Positions 15,904 to 24,321 of a DNA stretch of 27,052 nt are shown here, one piece after another. The stretch spans positions 1 through 27,052 of the forward strand of contig JBGGMJ010000040.1 of assembly GCA_041288095.1 (NCBI GenBank). Direction: 5' to 3'. Made by a program: the position numbers and the translations under genes. Below the pieces are notes generated by a model. The model worked only from the letters and a program-made list of their open reading frames with translations. It was not told where the DNA came from and made no database searches. Within the stretch, counting starts at the first letter, position 1, and each line of letters starts with the position of its first letter. Origin of the DNA: Myxococcota bacterium (GTDB lineage: Bacteria; Myxococcota; XYA12-FULL-58-9; JALHOP01).

Positions 15904-18900
15904 GAGTCGGCGGCTACATAGCGGCGGTCGCCGCGTTGCTCACGAGCGCGTGTGCCCATGACGCGCTCGAGCCACTCGCAAAGCCCGAGTTCGGGCAGCC
16001 GCGCGCCGGCGTCTTCAACACGCCGCAGCCGCTCGTCGAGAACACCGAAGACGACATGATGCCGACGCTCGCGGGCGCGACCGGCCTCATCGCCTACGTT
16101 TCGAAGCAAGGCGGCAATCTCGATGTCTTCATGCGCTCGCAGGCCACCGGCCTCGTGCGTCGGCTCACCACGCACTCCTCGGACGATACCGACCCCGCCT
16201 TTTCACCGGACGGCAAGCGCATCGCCTGGGTGGCACAGAGCGACGACGTGAAGGGCGACGTCTGGATCATGAACGTCGACGGCGAGGACAAGACGCAACT
16301 CACCGAGCGCGACGCCTCCGAGAGCGCACCTGCTTGGAGCGCCGACGGTAAGGTCGTCTACTTCACCACCCGCCCGGGTGACGGCAGCCCGGCGCGTATC
16401 GACGCCATCGAGCTATCGGGACGCAAGCGCAGCGTCGTGCTTACCGGCGCGTGGGATCCAGCGCCCTCGCCCGATGGCGAGACCATCGTGTACGCCGCGG
16501 CGGGCACGACGGGCACCCCCCGGCTCTACGCCAAGCGCCTGGCGGACGGGCGCGTTGCCGCTATCACGGACGGCGTCTACCTGGACGCCCTACCGCGCTT
16601 CGCGACTCTCGACGGTCAGCCGACGGTCGTCTTCACGCGGTTCGTCGATGACAGCAGCGGCGACGGCAGAGTCGCGAGCGACGACGAAGCGAGCTTGTGG
16701 GCGACGATCATCGACCCCACCGTCTTCGAGAGCGGTAGGGTCGCCGACGCGCGACCGCTCACGCCCGGCGCCGGTGGCGAGCTCCTCGCGGCGGTGGCAC
16801 CCAACTGGCTGGCCTACACGGCCGCCGGCTATGCCGACCTCGAGATCTACGCGCTGCCCGCAGACGGCATGGTGGAGCGTCGCGCGACGCCCGCCGCCGT
16901 GCTCGAGGCCGCGCGCGCCGAGCCCGACGCTGCCCTGCGCCGCTTGGCTCTACGCCACATCACGGCCACGAGCCCCGAGCTTCGCGGCCGCGCCCGCTAC
17001 GAGCTCGGTCGCGATCTCGAAGAGCGCGGCAAGCTCGCCGAGGCTCGCACGGAGCTCGCGCACGCCGTCGAGGAGCTCGTCGGCGATCCCCTGCAGGGTG
17101 TCGCCGCCATCGAGATCGAGCGCGTCGCGGTGCTGCAGCTACTCGGCGGTCGCTTCGACAGCGGCGCCCCGCCACCTGCCCGCTCCCTCGACGAAGCCGC
17201 GCAAGCCATGCATGCGGCCGCGAAAGTGTACGCGGCCGGTAGTCCCGTCGAGGATCGTTTGGCGACGACCCTCGCGGAGCTCCAGCTCGCGCGCGGCAAG
17301 TATGCCGCCGCGCTCGCGAGCTTCGAGACCATCGCCGCGCGTCCGGAGGTCGCGACCGAAGATGGTGCCCGTGCCCTCGACCATGCGAGCCGCCTCTATG
17401 CGCGCTTCGCCGACGCGGCCGCTGTCGAGCGCGTCTGCGCCATGTTGCTCACGCGCTATGGCGGCGAACGCCTCTACGTCGAGCGTTGCGCTTCGACGTG
17501 GCTCGACGCCGCCAAGGCATCGGCGGCGGAAAACCCGACCGCCGCCGTCGAGGACATCGCGCGGCGTTACGAGAAGCTGCCGCCGGTCGCTGCGCCAGCG
17601 ATGAACGTGCTCGGCCTCGAGCAAGCCGCGCACGGCCATCCGAGTCTCGCCATCGCGTCCTGGCAGGAGCTGGTGCGCAAATATCCGACGGCGACGCGCA
17701 CGGTCGCCGATGCGCTGATCGCCCTGGGCGAGACCGCCGAGCGCGAGGGTGAGCGTGGCGTCGCCCTGCAAGCCTACGAACAACTCTTGAGTCAGTACGG
17801 CAACGACCCCAAGACGCGCGGCCGCGCCCGCGCCGGCGTCACCCGCATCGCGCTCGCCAAAGCGGACAAAGAAGAAGAAGAAGGTCGCGTCGAGGAAGCG
17901 CGCTCGAGCTACGCCCGTCTGCTCGACCGGCGGCGTGACAACGCGTTGGCGCACCGGCGCTACATCGCCCTCTCGGCTCGGTTGGGCAAAGCCGACGAAG
18001 TCATCGCCAGCTACAAAGCCGCCGCCAAGGCACGCCCGCGCGAGGCGGTGAGCCGCTTCGCCTACGGCTACGCCTTGACCTTCGCATCGCCCCTCGAGCT
18101 GTCGCCGGCCGAGCGCGAGATCGGCGCGGCGCTCGACCTCGACCCGCGTTTCGCCGCCGCGCATCTCACGATGGGCTGGCTGCGCATGCAGCGCGAGCAA
18201 CGCAGCCCGGGCCGCGATTGGCTGGACCGCGCCGAGTCCAGCTTCCGCACCGCCCTCGAGCTCGTCGACCCCGAGGAAGACCCGCAGCTCTGGGCGGCCG
18301 CTCAGCTCAACCGCGCCAACGCTCTACTCGGCCTCGGCAAGAACGACGATGCCTTCACCGGCTTCCTCGCGCGCAATGGCGCCTCGGCGCGCTTCGACGA
18401 CACCCTCACGCAGCTACTCTTCTTCGAGTCGTTTTCGCGCGCCGCCTGGCGCATGGACGAGCTCGACGTGGCACTCGACATGGCGCATCAGGAGTGGTTG
18501 CTCGCCAAGGCGCTGCCGGGACAACCACGGCTCGCGACGGCGGCGGCCCTGCAAGCATCCGTTTACCTGCAGGCGGAGCGGGGTGAAGAGGCAGTCGCGT
18601 GGTACGAGCGGGCCGAGAAGATCTACCGCGAACGCGAGGATTGGACGCGTGTCGTCCCCATGCTGCGGGGCAAGGCCTTGGCATTGCGCAAGCTGCACCG
18701 CGACGACGCGGCATTGGACGCCTTCGCGGACCTCCTCGATCTGACCAGCCGCGGCATCGGCGTGCCGGAGCCGGACAAACCCTTCTTGGGCTTCCTCGCG
18801 CCCGAGATCGCCGCGAACCCGACCAACGTCACCCGCGCTCCGTACGGCTTCTCGGCCGAGCAAGAGGAAGAAGTCGCGCGGGCCGCCGCCGCGCGCGCGC

Positions 18901-21900
18901 TGCGGGAGCGTGGTGACCTTTCACGGGCTCGGAGCTTTGCGACACGGCGCCTCGCGCTCATCGACAAGGCCGCCGAAGACGAGACCACGGCGTCGCGTAT
19001 CCAGCCGGAGCTCTTGCACGCGCTCAACGAGAGCGCCCTCATCGAAGCCCAGGCGGGCGACGCGACGCAGGCCATGACTCTGTGGAACCGGGCGCTCGGC
19101 ATCTGCCAGACGAACGGCTACGTCACCGAGCTGGTTACCATCCTCGAATCGCTCGGCACCTTGTGGGCGCGCGAGCCCAAGAGCCGCGACGAACAGCTCG
19201 CGACGCGCGCGCGAGCCTTGGCCAACGCCATGACACAGCAGGCACGCGAGACCAGCGCGACCACGGCGTTGCGCTTGTCACGGTGGCTCGCGCTCGAGCG
19301 CTTCGGCGCGCTCTTCACCGCGGGCGGCGAAGTCCCGGGGCCGGTCAACCTGGGGGCGCGCCTCGAGTCGCTCGACGCGATGAACGGCGAGCTCGATGCC
19401 ATCCTCGAGCTCGTCCCCGAGGATCTGCAGCTCACTGACAGCATCCGCGCGTACGCGGGCGTCGCGCAGGAAGCAGCCGCGGCGACCGATGAGTTCGTCG
19501 GGCCGCCGATGTCCATCTCCGACAGCACGGCCGCGTCGTGGCGCACCGCCTTCGACGGCGCTGTCGCTTCGCGTGGCAAGCTCGATGCCGCGAAGCTGGG
19601 TCCTGCCATCGACTCCTACGAAACCTATGGCGGCGGCCGTAACGCTCCCGAGCGCCGCGCCTTCCTCGATGCCGCGACCGTCGCTCTGATCGCCGCCGGC
19701 AACACGGAGAAGGCTTGGCGTCTGCTCGAGCGATCACGCCTCGAGGATCTCGACCCCGGGCCCCGCCGCCGCGCCGCCGTGGCGGGTCGTCTCGCCAAGC
19801 GGCCCATCCTGGCCCGCGCCTTGGAGCACAAGCCCGCGACCATCGCCGAGGTACGCGCGGCGCTCGCCGAGGGCGAGACTCTGCTGCAAGTCTTCGTGAC
19901 CCACGAGCGCGCCTGGACGTGGATTCTCATCGACGCCAAGCGACTCGAAGCGGTCCGCACCGGGCCGATGACCGAGACGGGCTTGCCCGACGCCGTAGCG
20001 ACCCTGCTGGGGACGCCGGAGACCACGGTCTATGTCGACTTTGGCGGACACTCGGCGCCGCCCGTGGAGCGGCTGACCTCGCAAGGTAAGGTTCTCGCGC
20101 GGCCGGTGGCGGCGCTGTCGGCGAGCTATCTCGCGGCTGGCTTCGAGAGCGCGAGCCTCGCGACTCACGGGCCGGTGACCTTCACCGAGCCAACCATGAC
20201 GCGCCTCGCCGCCGAGGCAAAAGGTCGCCTGCTGTTGCGCTTCAGCACGGCGATTACGAGCGAGCAACCGTCGCCCGGCTGGTCCGGTCCGGCGCAGCTC
20301 ACCTTCGCTAAGCCCGCCACCGCGCCCGAGAGCGAGGCCGTGGATCTGAACCGCCTCTCGACTCTGGCGCTGCAAAGCGCTGTCGCCTGGATCGACGCGC
20401 CGGCGCCCTCGCCGCGCGTCACGCGCTCGCTTGCGCAGGCTTTTTTGCTCGCCGGGGTGTCGACCGTCGTCGTCGGCAAGATGGACGGGGCACGGCTGGA
20501 GACCGAGCTCGGCACCGAAGCCGCGAGCACGCTCCTCGCTGCCGCGCGCGAAGCCGGTCAGCTCGACGGCAATGCCTATGTCGTCGGCTATCGCGGCCTG
20601 TCTTTCCCCGAGCGCGTCGACCTCGCCTTCGTGCGCCTTCTGGCGCTGGCGCGCTCCGCCGCCCCCGCCTACCAAGCCGCCGCCAAGTCGCAGCGCCGGG
20701 AAGACTGGCAGCGAGCGCATGACGACTTCGCCGCCCTGGTCGAGATCGTCGAGCTCTTGCTGACCCCCGAAGCCGTCCCTGTGCTCGCGGCATCCAAGCG
20801 TCAGGGCGCGTCGGCGCTGGCCAAGGCGCTGCCGACACGCGTGCTCGAGATGCGCGACAAGCTCGCGCAGACCAAGCTCGCCTTGGGCGAGGTCGATGCC
20901 GCCGCCGCCATCCAGGAGGCCCTCGCCGAGAGCTACATCGCCGCCGGCAACCACGCGGCGGCGCTCGAGCAGCTCCTCGCAATGGGCAAGACCTTCATGA
21001 ACGGCGACCGCAACCGGGACGCCGAACGTGTCCTCAATCGCTGCGCCGAGCTCGCGCTCACCCAGAAGCTGCCGCTCATCGAAGGTGACTGCCGCTCGCG
21101 TCTGGGCTCGGCCTACCGCGGCTTGTTCGAGAACGAAAAGGCGCGCGCCGCGTACACGAAGGCCATCGAGGTCTACGCGGCCCAGAAGCACAAGAACCAG
21201 CTCTATCCGCGACGCTTCCTGGGCTTGCTCTACGAAACCGCGCTCAACGATTACGACGAGGCGCTAAGCCAGTATCAGCGCGCTTTGACGGACGCCGTCA
21301 ACCTGTCGGAGCCGGAGATGGTGCCGACTCTGCATCTCGACATGGCGCGCGCTCAGCGGGCCCGAGGCGACTTCGGCATGGCGCTCGAGGCCGTCGCGCA
21401 TGCCCGCGAAGCCCTGCCGAAGAACGACACCACGGACCGCACCGAAGTAGCGCTCGAGGCCGCGAAGATCGAGTGGTACCGCGGCGACTATCCCGCGGCG
21501 CTCGGCCAGCAGAGCACCGCGCTCACGCTCGCGCGCGCCAACCGCAACGACTTCCAGGAGATTCAAGCGCTCAGCTTGGGCGGCCTCATCGCCATGAACC
21601 GTGGCGACCTCGGCACCGCGCGCGAATCGGTGAGCGCGGCGCTCGACCTTGCCCGCGGTAGCGGACGCCGGCGCGAAGAAGCGGCGCAGCTCAACAACCT
21701 GGGCACCGTGCTCCAGCGCGCGGGCCGTCTCGATGACGCCGAGTCGCGGTTCCGCGAAGCGCTCGAGCTCGACACCCAGCTCAACGGCACCGAGGGCCAA
21801 GCGTTCGACCTCCGCGCCCTCGCGGCCGTGCTCGAGCGCCGCGGCAAAGCCGAAGAGAGCCTCGCGACGGTCGACCGCGCCCTCCAGATCTCGCGCGCCA

Positions 21901-23462
21901 TCGGCAGCCGCTACAACGAAGCGCAGTGCCTGTTCGTCCGCGGCCGTGCCCTGCTCGCCGCCGGACGGCGCGACGAAGCCAGCCAGAGCTTCACCGCGGC
22001 CCACGACCTGGCCGTCCAACTGTCGATCCCGGAGATCGACTGGCGCGCGTCGTACGCCGCGGGTCGCATCGCCGAAGGCGGCGGCGACGTGAAGCGCGCG
22101 CGCACCGCCTACGACGCCGCGCTTGCGGTCGCCGAGCGCCTGTCCCGTGCCGGCGACGAGGACAGCGTCGAGGAGAGCCGCGACACCCTGTACGCCGACG
22201 CCGTAAGGCTCGCGCTCGCCGACCACGACGATGCCGCTGCCTTCACCCTCATCGAGCGCCGCCATGCACGCGCGCTGCTCGATCTCGTGGCCGCGAGTGA
22301 CGTCGTCTTCCCGAGCGATGAGGCAAGGCAGCTCGTCGCCGCGGAGCGCCGCGCCCGCGAGGCAGTCATCGCCGCCGAGCGCGACCAGAAGCGCTTGGGT
22401 GGCGACGACACGAAGGTTCGCGCCGGTAGCACCGCGCATGCCGCGGCCTTGGCCGCCTTGCACAACCGCTATCCCGGCGTCGCCCGAGCATTCACCATCG
22501 CGCCGCGCTCCATCGCCGAGGTCCAGGGCGCCCTGCGCGACGACACCGCGGTCGTCCTCTATCTCGTCGGCGTCAGACAGACGAACGCGCTCGTCATCCG
22601 CAAGACGAGCCTGACGCCGATGGCGCTCGCGATCCAACCCTCCGACTTGAAACAGGTCTGCGACGCCTACCGGGAAGCCCTGCGCGCGTTCGGCGTCCTG
22701 GACGCTCTCGGCGAGCAGATCAGCCAGGCCGTGCTGGCGCCTCTCGGCGAGGCTCTGCGCGGCGCGCAGCACGTCGTCTTCGTGCCGCATGGCCCACTGG
22801 TCGGCATCCCGTTCGCGGCCCTGCCGTGGCAGAGCGCGCAGGTGGTCGATGCCATGACCACGAGCTACGCGCCTTCGGCGTCGGCGCTCGTCGATACGCT
22901 ATCGCGTCCGCAGCGTCCGCCGGCGAAGCGCGTGTCCGCCGCCGCGCACGGTGCGGATCTTCCCTTCGCCCGACTCGAGGCACGGGCCGTCGCGGGCAGC
23001 GGCGCCATCCTCGGCCCCGCCGCCAGCGAGACCGTCGTCCGGGCGCTGCGCGGCGACGCGGTCGACATCGCCGCCCACGGCGCGGTCGCGGGGTCGGAGC
23101 CGATGCGCGCCGGCCTCGAGCTCGCCCAGGGCGAAAATGACGACGGCCGCCTTACACTACGCGAAGTGTTCGGTATGCCGCCGCTGGCGCCACTTGTGAC
23201 CTTGTCGGCCTGCACCTTAGGCGGCAGCGACTCCGCCTGGGCGGCGGTGGCCAGCTCCTTCTTTGCAAGCGGCACGCAGACCCTGGTCGCGAGCCAGGAG
23301 CGCGTCTCCGACCTCGCGGCGGGGGTGCTCATGAAGCGCTTCTATCGGGAGCGCGGCAAGGGCGGGGCGGCTGCCCTGCGTGCCGCCCAGCTCTGGACCC
23401 GGGCCTATTTCGAGCATCCCGCCCACTGGGCCACCTTCGCCTTGCTCGGTGACTTCCGCTGA
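15900..23462 (+). CDS. Giant predicted lipoprotein: PD40/TolB-like beta-propeller - TPR - degenerate CHAT - TPR - CHAT (caspase-like, clan CD) protease, ~2520 aa
   Basis: GTG 15900 overlaps the upstream TGA (GTGA) and gives signal MRVGGYIAAVAALLTSA-C. PD40 repeats DPAFSPDGKRIAW, APAWSADGKVVYF, DPAPSPDGETIVY. TPRs such as EAAQLNNLGTVLQRAGRLDDAESRFREAL. C-terminal CHAT motifs VVFVPHGPLVGIPFAAL, DIAAHG (His codon 23076), DDGRLTLREV, LVTLSAC (Cys codon 23211), LMKRFY, ALRAAQL and HPAHWATFALLG. Confidence 0.88.
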   Translation: MRVGGYIAAVAALLTSACAHDALEPLAKPEFGQPRAGVFNTPQPLVENTEDDMMPTLAGATGLIAYVSKQGGNLDVFMRSQATGLVRRLTTHSSDDTDPAFSPDGKRIAWVAQSDDVKGDVWIMNVDGEDKTQLTERDASESAPAWSADGKVVYFTTRPGDGSPARIDAIELSGRKRSVVLTGAWDPAPSPDGETIVYAAAGTTGTPRLYAKRLADGRVAAITDGVYLDALPRFATLDGQPTVVFTRFVDDSSGDGRVASDDEASLWATIIDPTVFESGRVADARPLTPGAGGELLAAVAPNWLAYTAAGYADLEIYALPADGMVERRATPAAVLEAARAEPDAALRRLALRHITATSPELRGRARYELGRDLEERGKLAEARTELAHAVEELVGDPLQGVAAIEIERVAVLQLLGGRFDSGAPPPARSLDEAAQAMHAAAKVYAAGSPVEDRLATTLAELQLARGKYAAALASFETIAARPEVATEDGARALDHASRLYARFADAAAVERVCAMLLTRYGGERLYVERCASTWLDAAKASAAENPTAAVEDIARRYEKLPPVAAPAMNVLGLEQAAHGHPSLAIASWQELVRKYPTATRTVADALIALGETAEREGERGVALQAYEQLLSQYGNDPKTRGRARAGVTRIALAKADKEEEEGRVEEARSSYARLLDRRRDNALAHRRYIALSARLGKADEVIASYKAAAKARPREAVSRFAYGYALTFASPLELSPAEREIGAALDLDPRFAAAHLTMGWLRMQREQRSPGRDWLDRAESSFRTALELVDPEEDPQLWAAAQLNRANALLGLGKNDDAFTGFLARNGASARFDDTLTQLLFFESFSRAAWRMDELDVALDMAHQEWLLAKALPGQPRLATAAALQASVYLQAERGEEAVAWYERAEKIYREREDWTRVVPMLRGKALALRKLHRDDAALDAFADLLDLTSRGIGVPEPDKPFLGFLAPEIAANPTNVTRAPYGFSAEQEEEVARAAAARALRERGDLSRARSFATRRLALIDKAAEDETTASRIQPELLHALNESALIEAQAGDATQAMTLWNRALGICQTNGYVTELVTILESLGTLWAREPKSRDEQLATRARALANAMTQQARETSATTALRLSRWLALERFGALFTAGGEVPGPVNLGARLESLDAMNGELDAILELVPEDLQLTDSIRAYAGVAQEAAAATDEFVGPPMSISDSTAASWRTAFDGAVASRGKLDAAKLGPAIDSYETYGGGRNAPERRAFLDAATVALIAAGNTEKAWRLLERSRLEDLDPGPRRRAAVAGRLAKRPILARALEHKPATIAEVRAALAEGETLLQVFVTHERAWTWILIDAKRLEAVRTGPMTETGLPDAVATLLGTPETTVYVDFGGHSAPPVERLTSQGKVLARPVAALSASYLAAGFESASLATHGPVTFTEPTMTRLAAEAKGRLLLRFSTAITSEQPSPGWSGPAQLTFAKPATAPESEAVDLNRLSTLALQSAVAWIDAPAPSPRVTRSLAQAFLLAGVSTVVVGKMDGARLETELGTEAASTLLAAAREAGQLDGNAYVVGYRGLSFPERVDLAFVRLLALARSAAPAYQAAAKSQRREDWQRAHDDFAALVEIVELLLTPEAVPVLAASKRQGASALAKALPTRVLEMRDKLAQTKLALGEVDAAAAIQEALAESYIAAGNHAAALEQLLAMGKTFMNGDRNRDAERVLNRCAELALTQKLPLIEGDCRSRLGSAYRGLFENEKARAAYTKAIEVYAAQKHKNQLYPRRFLGLLYETALNDYDEALSQYQRALTDAVNLSEPEMVPTLHLDMARAQRARGDFGMALEAVAHAREALPKNDTTDRTEVALEAAKIEWYRGDYPAALGQQSTALTLARANRNDFQEIQALSLGGLIAMNRGDLGTARESVSAALDLARGSGRRREEAAQLNNLGTVLQRAGRLDDAESRFREALELDTQLNGTEGQAFDLRALAAVLERRGKAEESLATVDRALQISRAIGSRYNEAQCLFVRGRALLAAGRRDEASQSFTAAHDLAVQLSIPEIDWRASYAAGRIAEGGGDVKRARTAYDAALAVAERLSRAGDEDSVEESRDTLYADAVRLALADHDDAAAFTLIERRHARALLDLVAASDVVFPSDEARQLVAAERRAREAVIAAERDQKRLGGDDTKVRAGSTAHAAALAALHNRYPGVARAFTIAPRSIAEVQGALRDDTAVVLYLVGVRQTNALVIRKTSLTPMALAIQPSDLKQVCDAYREALRAFGVLDALGEQISQAVLAPLGEALRGAQHVVFVPHGPLVGIPFAALPWQSAQVVDAMTTSYAPSASALVDTLSRPQRPPAKRVSAAAHGADLPFARLEARAVAGSGAILGPAASETVVRALRGDAVDIAAHGAVAGSEPMRAGLELAQGENDDGRLTLREVFGMPPLAPLVTLSACTLGGSDSAWAAVASSFFASGTQTLVASQERVSDLAAGVLMKRFYRERGKGGAAALRAAQLWTRAYFEHPAHWATFALLGDFR

Positions 23463-23509
23463 CGGGTCGCAGTGTGGCATAGCTCTCGCGCTTGCCTACG
23501 GAGACCCCC

Positions 23510-24319
23510 ATGAAGCGCATCGCCTACGCCGCCTCCTTGATTCTTGGTCTCACCGCCGTTGCTTGCGACAAGGACAAGGGAAAGGACGACGCCATCATCG
23601 AGGCGACGCCCGCCCCGGACACCGCCGCTCCCAGCGCGAACACCTTGGCACCCGCGGAACCCCGCCCGTCACAGGCTGGCGAGCAGGCCTTCGTCACCGG
23701 CGTGACCGCCGTTCGTCGCGCGAGCAACGAAGACAAGCAGGTCGAAGATCCCAAGAAGCCCGGCAAGAAGGTGAACAACTACATCACGACGTTGCACCGC
23801 GGTGAGCAGGTTCAGGTGGTGAGCGTCGAAGGCGACTGGGCGCAGGTCCGCTCCTCCGACGAGAAGGAAGGCTGGACCAAGAAGGACGCGCTCTTGCCGT
23901 CGCAGGGCGTGACCATGGCGACGACCCTGGACGAGGCCAAGACCTTCGACCGCCCCGACCTCCTCGCCCTGAACGCCAAGCGCAAGGTCGCCGCCGGCGC
24001 ACTGGTGTACGCCCTGCGCGCCAAAGACCAATTCAGCGAGGTGAACATCGGTGGCAGCAGCACCGCCTGGGTGCTCACGAGCTCACTCATCTCCGAGCAG
24101 CGCGAGGTCGATGCCGCGAAGCTCCTGAACAAGGCGCGTTGGCTCACCGATCACAAGGACGCTTCGGCCGCGGATCTCATGGACCTCGCCAAGAAGGAAT
24201 ACGGCGACACCAAGGTCATGCAGGCCCACACGGCCGCGCAAGCCGCCGGCGAAGGCGCGGCACCAGCACCAGCACCGGCGCCGGCTCCCGAGCCGACGCC
24301 AACCGCGCCGCAGCAGTAA
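23510..24319 (+). CDS. SH3b-domain lipoprotein
   Basis: RBS GGAG at 23500-23503; lipobox AVAC; SH3b-like TLHRGEQVQVVSVEGDWAQVRSSDEKEGWT plus a second SH3-like repeat (AGALVYALRAKDQFSEV...AWV); Pro/Ala-rich termini. Confidence 0.78.
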   Translation: MKRIAYAASLILGLTAVACDKDKGKDDAIIEATPAPDTAAPSANTLAPAEPRPSQAGEQAFVTGVTAVRRASNEDKQVEDPKKPGKKVNNYITTLHRGEQVQVVSVEGDWAQVRSSDEKEGWTKKDALLPSQGVTMATTLDEAKTFDRPDLLALNAKRKVAAGALVYALRAKDQFSEVNIGGSSTAWVLTSSLISEQREVDAAKLLNKARWLTDHKDASAADLMDLAKKEYGDTKVMQAHTAAQAAGEGAAPAPAPAPAPEPTPTAPQQ

Positions 24320-24321
24320 CC

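Noticed and set aside
15900-23462. CHAT protein as Craspase (Csx29) or gasdermin-activating defence protease
   Set aside because: No Cas7-11, CRISPR array, gasdermin-like or other effector gene is in the window, and the protein has an export signal and envelope-gene context.
24139-24321. Upstream extension of the radical SAM ORF
   Set aside because: It overlaps the SH3 lipoprotein gene; GTG 24322 follows that stop directly.
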